This document shows positions 53,456 to 64,000 of a stretch of DNA of 64,000 nt, one piece after another. The stretch is from the NCBI GenBank assembly GCA_017650305.1, contig JAGCFD010000035.1:92205-156204 (forward strand), read 5' to 3'. Both the position numbers and the translations under genes were made by a program. Numbering within the stretch: the stretch's first letter is position 1; each line of letters opens with the position of its first letter. Source of the stretch: Bacteroidales bacterium. Lineage in GTDB: Bacteria; Bacteroidota; Bacteroidia; Bacteroidales; WCHB1-69. The notes under the pieces are model-generated. The model had not been told where the DNA came from. It saw only the letters and a program-made list of their open reading frames with translations, and ran no database searches.

Positions 53456-54010
53456 ATGGCAGAAGCTGATCGCAAGTGGTATGTAATCAAGGCTGTCACT
53501 GGTACGGAGAAGAAGGTGAAGAACAACATCGAGATCGAGTTGGAGATCACTGGAAAGACGGACATGGTGCCAAGAGTTTTGATTCCCACTGAGAAGGTTT
53601 ACCACACGACCAAGAGTGGCAAGAAGGTTTACACGGAGCGCAACTATTTCCCGAGTTACATTTTCGTTGAGGCGGAGATGACGGGTGAGATTCGTGCTTT
53701 GTTGTTGAATGTTCCTGGTGTTTTAGGTTTTGTGGGTTGCAAGCGCAAGACGGATCCTCCGGTGGCGTTGCGTCCAGTGGAAGTCTCTCGTCTTTTGGGC
53801 AAGGTTGATGAGTTGATGTCTGAGGACAGCGCCTACATCCAGCCGTTTGTCGAGGGCGAGGAGATCAAGGTTATTGATGGGCCTTTCAACACTTTCAACG
53901 GTATCATTGAGAGCATTGATACAGAAAGAAAGAAGCTGAAGATTATGGTGAAAATCTTTGGCCGTAAAACTCCAGTTGAGCTGAATTTTATGCAGGTTGA
54001 AAAAATATAG
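53456..54010 (+). CDS. nusG: Transcription termination/antitermination factor NusG
   Basis: 184 aa. ...KWYVIKAVTGTEKKV... (NGN domain) and a C-terminal KOW ...GEEIKVIDGPFNTFNGII.... Confidence 0.95.
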   Translation: MAEADRKWYVIKAVTGTEKKVKNNIEIELEITGKTDMVPRVLIPTEKVYHTTKSGKKVYTERNYFPSYIFVEAEMTGEIRALLLNVPGVLGFVGCKRKTDPPVALRPVEVSRLLGKVDELMSEDSAYIQPFVEGEEIKVIDGPFNTFNGIIESIDTERKKLKIMVKIFGRKTPVELNFMQVEKI

Positions 54011-54053
54011 TTCCGACAAAAATAGTTACAAACAATAAAAATTATTTAAAACA

Positions 54054-54503
54054 ATGGCAAAAGAAGTAGCTGGCTTAATTAAGTTACAAATCAAAGGAGG
54101 TGCCGCTAATCCGTCGCCGCCAGTAGGCCCCGCGTTGGGTTCAAAGGGCGTGAACATCATGGAGTTTTGCAAGCAGTTCAATTCCCGTACTCAGGATTTG
54201 GCTGGCAAGATCATCCCTGTGGTGATTACGGTCTACAAGGATAAATCCTTTGACTTTATCACGAAGACGCCGCCGGTAGCCGTACAGATTAAGGAGGCTG
54301 CCAAACTTCAAAAGGGTTCCGGAGAGCCTAACCGTTCCAAGGTTGGTACGATCACTTGGGATCAGGTGCGTTCCATCGCCGAATTGAAGATGCCGGATTT
54401 GAACTGTTTCGAGCTTGAATCCGCCATGTCAATGGTGGCAGGCACCGCCCGCAGTATGGGTGTCAATGTAAAAGGTGGCCAGAATCCCTTTGAGAAAAAT
54501 TAA
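54054..54503 (+). CDS. rplK: 50S ribosomal protein L11
   Basis: [43 protein letters not shown].... Confidence 0.97.
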   Translation: MAKEVAGLIKLQIKGGAANPSPPVGPALGSKGVNIMEFCKQFNSRTQDLAGKIIPVVITVYKDKSFDFITKTPPVAVQIKEAAKLQKGSGEPNRSKVGTITWDQVRSIAELKMPDLNCFELESAMSMVAGTARSMGVNVKGGQNPFEKN

Positions 54504-54526
54504 TAACTCGTAAAAATCAATCACAA

Positions 54527-55222
54527 ATGGCAAAAATATCCAAAAAACGCAAAGAAGCTTTTGCTAAATACGATCGCAGCAAGCTTTATGCCCTGCCAGA
54601 AGCCGTTCAGGTGGTGAAGGATCTCACCTACACCAAATTTGACGCTTCGTTCGACATTGACGTCCGTTTGGGCGTGGATCCTCGAAAGGCCAACCAGATG
54701 GTGCGTGGTATTGTCACGCTGCCTCACGGAACGGGTAAGGAAGTGCGCGTGCTCGTGCTTTGTACTCCTGACAAGGAGGAAGAGGCAAAGGCTGCGGGAG
54801 CTGATTACGTAGGCTTGGAGGAATACGTTGACAAGATCAAACAAGGTTGGACCGATGTTGACGTGATCATCACCATGCCGAGCGTGATGCCGAAGATCGG
54901 TGCCCTTGGTAGAGTGCTGGGTCCCCGTGGTTTGATGCCGAACCCCAAGTCTGGTACTGTCACGATGGAAATCGGAAAGGCCGTCACCGAAGTGAAGGCT
55001 GGTAAGATTGACTTCAAGGTTGACAAGTATGGTATTATCCACTCTTCCGTGGGTAAAAACCGCTTCACTGTGGATCAGTTGACCGAGAACGTTCGCGAGA
55101 TGATGAGCACCATCATCAAGTTGAAACCGACTTCCGCCAAAGGTACCTACATCAAGAGTATCTACCTTTCTACTACTATGAGTCCTGGTGTACAGGTTGA
55201 CCCCAAAACAGTTACATTATAA
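54527..55222 (+). CDS. rplA: 50S ribosomal protein L1
   Basis: 231 aa. ...[24 protein letters not shown]...LPHGTGK.... Confidence 0.97.
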   Translation: MAKISKKRKEAFAKYDRSKLYALPEAVQVVKDLTYTKFDASFDIDVRLGVDPRKANQMVRGIVTLPHGTGKEVRVLVLCTPDKEEEAKAAGADYVGLEEYVDKIKQGWTDVDVIITMPSVMPKIGALGRVLGPRGLMPNPKSGTVTMEIGKAVTEVKAGKIDFKVDKYGIIHSSVGKNRFTVDQLTENVREMMSTIIKLKPTSAKGTYIKSIYLSTTMSPGVQVDPKTVTL

Positions 55223-55239
55223 TCTAAAGTTTAGTTAGT

Positions 55240-55755
55240 ATGAAAAAAGATCAAAAAAGTCAAATTATAGAAGAGATTGCTCAGGACTTGGCTAACTATG
55301 CTAATGTATATGTAATCGATATTGCCGGTTTTACCGTTAGTACAGTTAATCAGTTGCGCAGAAACTGTTTCAAACGCGATGTGAAGCTGAAAGTGGTGAA
55401 GAACACCCTGCTGAAACGCGCTATGGAGCAGTCTGCATCCGACTACTCTGAGCTCTATGAGACTTTGCATGGTTCTTCCGCCATCATGCTTTGCAACACA
55501 GGCAATGTGCCTGCCAAGCTGATCAAGGAATTCCGTACAAAGAACGCCAAGCCGATCATCAAAGGTGCCTTCATTGAGGAGACCGCTTACATCGGCGATG
55601 AGAACTTGGAGGCTCTGTGCAGCATCAAGTCTCGCGACGAATTGCTCGGTGACATCATCGGGCTTCTGCAATCACCCGCCAAGAATGTTGTTTCCGCTCT
55701 CCAATCCGGTGGCGGCAAACTGGCCGGTATTGTAAAAACCTTATCAGAAAGATAA
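55240..55755 (+). CDS. rplJ: 50S ribosomal protein L10
   Basis: 171 aa; position between rplA and rplL. ...LRRNCFKRDVKLKVVKNTLLKRA.... Confidence 0.95.
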   Translation: MKKDQKSQIIEEIAQDLANYANVYVIDIAGFTVSTVNQLRRNCFKRDVKLKVVKNTLLKRAMEQSASDYSELYETLHGSSAIMLCNTGNVPAKLIKEFRTKNAKPIIKGAFIEETAYIGDENLEALCSIKSRDELLGDIIGLLQSPAKNVVSALQSGGGKLAGIVKTLSER

Positions 55756-55805
55756 AAATCAATTAGTCAATTAATTTAGTAAAAACAATTAAAAAAATAA
55801 ACATC

Positions 55806-56183
55806 ATGGCAGATTTGAAAGCATTTGCAGAACAATTAGTAAACCTGACCGTTAAAGAAGTTAACGAATTAGCTCAGATTTTGAAAGATGAATACGGCAT
55901 TGAGCCCGCTGCAGCCGCAGTTGCAGTAGCCGCTGGTCCCGCCGCAGGCGCTGGTCCTGCCGCTGAAGAGAAGACCGAATTCGACGTTATCCTGAAAGCC
56001 GCTGGCGCTCAAAAGCTCCAGGTTGTGAAGTTGGTGAAGGAACTCACCAGCCTCGGCCTCAAGGAAGCTAAGGAATTGGTTGATGGCGCACCCAAGGCCG
56101 TTAAGGAGGGTATCTCCAAAGACGAAGCCGAGTCCCTCAAGAAATCTCTCGAAGAGGTCGGCGCTGAAGTGGAGATTAAATAA
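55806..56183 (+). CDS. rplL: 50S ribosomal protein L7/L12
   Basis: 125 aa. An Ala/Pro hinge ...[21 protein letters not shown]... and ...[13 protein letters not shown]...[10 protein letters not shown]. Confidence 0.97.
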   Translation: MADLKAFAEQLVNLTVKEVNELAQILKDEYGIEPAAAAVAVAAGPAAGAGPAAEEKTEFDVILKAAGAQKLQVVKLVKELTSLGLKEAKELVDGAPKAVKEGISKDEAESLKKSLEEVGAEVEIK

Positions 56184-56200
56184 ATCCACCTTATTTTACC

Positions 56201-56247
56201 ACAATAGTACAACACTTCCACTTCGGTGGAAGTATTGTACTTATTGT
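56201..56247 (+). terminator. Long UUCG-capped hairpin in the rplL-rpoB spacer (attenuator / processing-site candidate)
   Basis: ACAATAGTACAACACTTCCAC-TTCG-GTGGAAGTATTGTACTTATTGT. About 20 bp with one mismatch and one bulge, followed by TGTTTATAT, a weak U-tract. Confidence 0.5.
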
Positions 56248-56319
56248 TGTTTATATACCCGCTGATTGGTATCTCAAAAATAAGTCAGTAATTTATCTTT
56301 CAACGAAAAACTTACAGCC

Positions 56320-60126
<3,807 letters not shown>

Positions 60127-60147
60127 GATTGTATAAATAAAATAATT

Positions 60148-63100
60148 ATGGCATCTTTTAAAAAAGATAATAATACAAGAAAAGAATTTCAAAAGATCAC
60201 CATCAGCCTTGCCTCTCCAAAGAAGATCCTCGAACAGACTCATGGTGAGGTGTTAAAGCCTGAGACCATCAACTACAGGACCTATAAGCCTGAGCGTGAC
60301 GGTCTTTTCTGCGAAAAGATTTTCGGACCGACCAAAGACTGGGAATGCCATTGTGGTAAGTATAAGAGAATACGCTACAAAGGTGTTACTTGCGACCGTT
60401 GCGGTGTTGAGGTTACAGAGCGCAAGGTGCGTCGTGAAAGAATGGGCCATATCCAACTGGTAGTTCCCGTTGCCCATATTTGGTTCTTTAAATCCTTGCC
60501 AAACAAGATCGCCGCTTTGCTGGGTTTGACCTCCAAAGAGGTTGATGCCATCGTTTATTACGAGAAGTATATTGTCATCCAACCAGGTATTCTCGAGAGC
60601 GACAAGATTAAGAAAAAAACGTTGCTTACCGAAGAGGAGTATTTCGACTTAGTGGAGAATCTGCCAGCCGACAATCGTATGCTTGAGGATGGCAATCCTG
60701 ACAAGTTCATCGCCAAGATGGGTGCTGAAGCATTATATGACTTGCTTTGCAATGTTGACCTTGACGTTGAGTCCGGTGAACTTCGTAATAAGGCTAATCA
60801 TGAGACTTCCCAGCAGCGTAAGAAAGAATATCTCAAACGTCTGCATGTTTTTGAAGCTTTTAGAGACAGCCGCAAGCGTGCCGAGAACCGTCCTGAATGG
60901 ATGATCATCAACATTGTGCCGGTGATTCCGCCTGAGTTGCGTCCTCTCGTTCCGCTGGATGGCGGCCGTTTTGCCACCTCTGATCTTAACGACCTCTACC
61001 GTCGTGTCATCATTCGTAACAACCGTCTGAAACGTCTTATTGAAATCAAAGCTCCGGACGTTATTATGCGTAATGAGAAACGTATGTTGCAAGAGGCTGT
61101 GGATTCACTGCTCGACAACTCCAAGAAGTCCAGCGCTGTGAAGACTGACTCCAACCGTGCGTTGAAATCCTTGTCTGACAGCTTGAAGGGTAAACAAGGC
61201 CGTTTCCGTCAGAATTTGTTGGGTAAACGTGTTGACTACTCTGGTCGTTCTGTTATCGTGGTCGGTCCTGAGCTGCACCTTAACGAGTGCGGTTTGCCGA
61301 AAGATATGGCTGCTGAGTTGTTCAAACCGTTTATCATTCGTAAAATCCTCGAAAGAGGTATCGTGAAGACCGTGAAGTCTGCCAAGAAGATTGTCGATCG
61401 TAAGGATCCTGTCGTATGGGAGATTTTGGAAAATATTTTGAAGGGTCATCCCGTATTGTTGAACCGTGCTCCTACGTTGCACCGTTTGGGTATCCAGGCC
61501 TTCCAGCCTCGTTTGGTGGAGGGTAAGGCTATCCGTCTGCACCCGCTCTGCTGTACGGCATTCAACGCTGACTTTGATGGCGACCAGATGGCTGTGCACG
61601 TCCCACTGGGCAATGCTGCCATTTTGGAGGCTCAAATGTTGATGATGGCTTCTCACAATATTTTGAACCCTGCTAATGGTGCGCCTGTCACCGTTCCTTC
61701 TCAGGACATGGTGTTGGGTCTGTATTATATCACCAAAGAGCTCCCCTCCACACCTGAACATCATGTGCAGGGCGAAGGTCGTATCTTCTACGGCCCCGAG
61801 GAGGTGATGATTGCTTATAATGAGAAAAAAGTACACCTTAATGCAAAAATCAAATGCCGTGTTGACATTGATGGCACAGGAAACATTAAACTGATCGACA
61901 CCACTGTCGGTCGTGTGATGTTCAACCAAGTCGTCCCTAAGGATTACGGTTATGTAGATATGCTTCTGACAAAGAAAGCATTGCGTGATATCATCGGTGA
62001 TATTCTTGCCAAGTGTGGCAATAAGGCTTGTGCCCAATTCCTTGACGATATCATGACATTAGGTTATCGTATGGCCTTCGAAGGCGGTATGTCATTTAAC
62101 CTTGGTGATGTGATTATTCCTGCTGAGAAACCAAAACTTATTGCCGAGGCAAATGCTCAGATCGATGAGATCACGATGAACTATAACATGGGTTTCATCA
62201 CCAACACCGAGCGTTACAACCAGGTGATTGACGTATGGTCACAGTGCAATGCACGCTTGTCCAAGATTTTGATGAAAGAAATTGAGGCTGACCGTCAGGG
62301 CTTTAACCCGGTGCACATGATGAGAGACTCTGGAGCTCGTGGTTCTGCTGAGCAGATCCGTCAGTTGTCCGGTATGCGTGGTTTGATGGCTAAGCCGTCA
62401 AAAGCCGGTTCCTCTGGTGGTGAGATTATTGAGAACCCAATTCTTTCCAACTTCAAGGAGGGCCTTTCCGTGCAAGAGTACTTTATCTCTACCCACGGTG
62501 CCCGTAAGGGTTTGGCCGATACCGCTCTGAAGACCGCCGACGCAGGTTATCTTACTCGTCGTTTGGTTGACGTCTCCCACGATGTCATCATCACTGAAGA
62601 GGATTGCGGTACGCTGCGTGGTATGACCGTTAGCGCCCTCAAGAAAAACGAGGAGGTTGTGGAGTCTCTCTATGACCGTCTCCTTGGCCGTGTGACGCTT
62701 CACGATGTCTATCATCCTCAGACTGGTGAGTTGATTATCAAGGCTGGTGAAGAACTTACCGAGAAGTATTGCAAGATTATTGAGGAGTCTCCGATTGAGG
62801 AGGTCGAAATCCGTTCAGTACCTACTTGCGAGTCCAAACATGGTATCTGCCGTAAATGTTATGGCCGTAACTTGGCAACTGGCAAAATGGTCCAGATTGG
62901 TGAAGCAGTCGGCGTGATTGCCGCACAGTCTATCGGTGAGCCTGGTACTCAGCTGACTCTTCGTACTTTCCACGTCGGTGGTGTTGCAAGTAATGTGGCT
63001 GCCAACAGCTCTATCACAGCTAACTATGACGGTGTGCTGAGCATTGATGAGTTGCGTGCCCTTGAAAAAACTGACGCTCTCGGACAGGTCTATTATAAGG

Positions 63101-64000
63101 TCATCGGCCGTACCGCAGAAATTAAGATTATTGATGTGACTACGGGTATTGCCTTGACCTCTTCTAACATCCCTTACGGTTCTAACCTCTACTTTAAACA
63201 TGGTGACTCCGTTAAGAAAGGTGATTTGATCGCTGACTGGGATCCGTTCAACGCAGTTATCCTCTCAGATGTGCCTGGTACCATCCAGTTCAATGATATC
63301 ATTGAGGGTGTTACCTACCGTGTTGAGACCGATGAGCAAACCAATATCCATGACAAGGTGATCATTGAGAGCCGTTTGAAGACCAAGAACCCGAGTATTT
63401 CCGTTTTGGATGATAAAGGTGAGGTTTTGAAGAGCTTTGACGTTCCTGTGGGTGCTCGTTTGGCTGTTGAAGAGGGTCAGAAAATCGACTCTGGTGAGAT
63501 TTTGGTTAAAATCTTACGTTCCTTCGGTAAGTCTGGCGATATCACGGGTGGTCTGCCGCGTGTAACCGAGCTCTTTGAGGCCCGTAACCCGTCAGATCCC
63601 GCTGTCGTCTCTGAAATTGATGGTGTGGTTTCCTTCGAGAAGAAGCTTAAACGTGGTAACCGTGTTGTAAAGATCACTCCGCGTAACGACACTTCCGGCG
63701 AAGGTACCAAAGTATATCTCATCCCGACTTCCAAGCAAATTCTGGCTCAAGAGAATGACTTCGTGAAAGCTGGTACTCCGTTGTCAGAAGGTTCTCTTAC
63801 TCCTATGGATATCTTGAATATTAAGGGTGCCCAGAAGGTTCAAGAGTATATTATCAACGAAATCCAGGAGGTCTATCGTCTCCAAGGTGTGAAGATTAAC
63901 GACAAGCACTTTGAGGTTATCGTACGTCAGATGATGCGTAAGATGGAGATTGATGATCCCGGTGATACCAAGTTCCTCCATGGCGAATTGATCAACAAGA
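60148..64000 (+). CDS. rpoC: DNA-directed RNA polymerase subunit beta' (partial; runs off the window)
   Basis: Not in the ORF track because it has no stop. The ATG is at 60148. Translation [35 protein letters not shown]...[23 protein letters not shown]... (Zn finger) and ...[12 protein letters not shown]... (catalytic Mg site). The frame stays open to 64000. Confidence 0.95.
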   Translation, partial: MASFKKDNNTRKEFQKITISLASPKKILEQTHGEVLKPETINYRTYKPERDGLFCEKIFGPTKDWECHCGKYKRIRYKGVTCDRCGVEVTERKVRRERMGHIQLVVPVAHIWFFKSLPNKIAALLGLTSKEVDAIVYYEKYIVIQPGILESDKIKKKTLLTEEEYFDLVENLPADNRMLEDGNPDKFIAKMGAEALYDLLCNVDLDVESGELRNKANHETSQQRKKEYLKRLHVFEAFRDSRKRAENRPEWMIINIVPVIPPELRPLVPLDGGRFATSDLNDLYRRVIIRNNRLKRLIEIKAPDVIMRNEKRMLQEAVDSLLDNSKKSSAVKTDSNRALKSLSDSLKGKQGRFRQNLLGKRVDYSGRSVIVVGPELHLNECGLPKDMAAELFKPFIIRKILERGIVKTVKSAKKIVDRKDPVVWEILENILKGHPVLLNRAPTLHRLGIQAFQPRLVEGKAIRLHPLCCTAFNADFDGDQMAVHVPLGNAAILEAQMLMMASHNILNPANGAPVTVPSQDMVLGLYYITKELPSTPEHHVQGEGRIFYGPEEVMIAYNEKKVHLNAKIKCRVDIDGTGNIKLIDTTVGRVMFNQVVPKDYGYVDMLLTKKALRDIIGDILAKCGNKACAQFLDDIMTLGYRMAFEGGMSFNLGDVIIPAEKPKLIAEANAQIDEITMNYNMGFITNTERYNQVIDVWSQCNARLSKILMKEIEADRQGFNPVHMMRDSGARGSAEQIRQLSGMRGLMAKPSKAGSSGGEIIENPILSNFKEGLSVQEYFISTHGARKGLADTALKTADAGYLTRRLVDVSHDVIITEEDCGTLRGMTVSALKKNEEVVESLYDRLLGRVTLHDVYHPQTGELIIKAGEELTEKYCKIIEESPIEEVEIRSVPTCESKHGICRKCYGRNLATGKMVQIGEAVGVIAAQSIGEPGTQLTLRTFHVGGVASNVAANSSITANYDGVLSIDELRALEKTDALGQVYYKVIGRTAEIKIIDVTTGIALTSSNIPYGSNLYFKHGDSVKKGDLIADWDPFNAVILSDVPGTIQFNDIIEGVTYRVETDEQTNIHDKVIIESRLKTKNPSISVLDDKGEVLKSFDVPVGARLAVEEGQKIDSGEILVKILRSFGKSGDITGGLPRVTELFEARNPSDPAVVSEIDGVVSFEKKLKRGNRVVKITPRNDTSGEGTKVYLIPTSKQILAQENDFVKAGTPLSEGSLTPMDILNIKGAQKVQEYIINEIQEVYRLQGVKINDKHFEVIVRQMMRKMEIDDPGDTKFLHGELINK

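Overview
This is a chromosomal segment from a Bacteroidota genome, probably Bacteroidales and Prevotella-like. The evidence is T9SS C-terminal sorting domains, TAnnTTTG -7 promoter boxes 20-60 nt upstream of operon-leading genes, no Shine-Dalgarno sequences, a MurF-Alr fusion and a type-B L31. I saw no transposase, integrase, CRISPR array or rRNA. The right end (53.2-64 kb) holds the conserved secE-nusG-rplK-rplA-rplJ-rplL-rpoB-rpoC cluster, with rpoC running off the window. The left 30 kb is mostly housekeeping and envelope genes: an MBOAT/AlgJ-like pair, hemolysin-III, YitT, a GH29 fucosidase, tRNA-Gln, a C10 protease, AzlCD, SppA, an orphan ABC ATPase, MurF-Alr, L31, Lon, MeaB, a large peptidoglycan amidase and Udk. 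Two regions deserve a second look. (1) 38.0-50.5 kb: a PorE-like T9SS component lies directly upstream of a monocistronic 10,185-nt gene. That gene encodes a 3,394-aa T9SS-targeted surface protein with two tandem arrays of Cys-bearing beta-sandwich units, homologous uncharacterised modules at both ends, and codon usage as biased as rpoB. (2) 30.4-35.7 kb: a tightly packed four-gene operon with no function I can assign. It encodes a lipoprotein of extreme composition (a Tyr/Trp/His block, then a Thr/Pro/Arg block, then an SSSSSRxSY repeat tail), a FadL/PorV-like outer-membrane barrel, and two secreted proteins. A compositionally related secreted protein sits next to the C10 protease at 5.8-6.8 kb. 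All family calls come from reading motifs by eye; no database search or structure prediction was possible.
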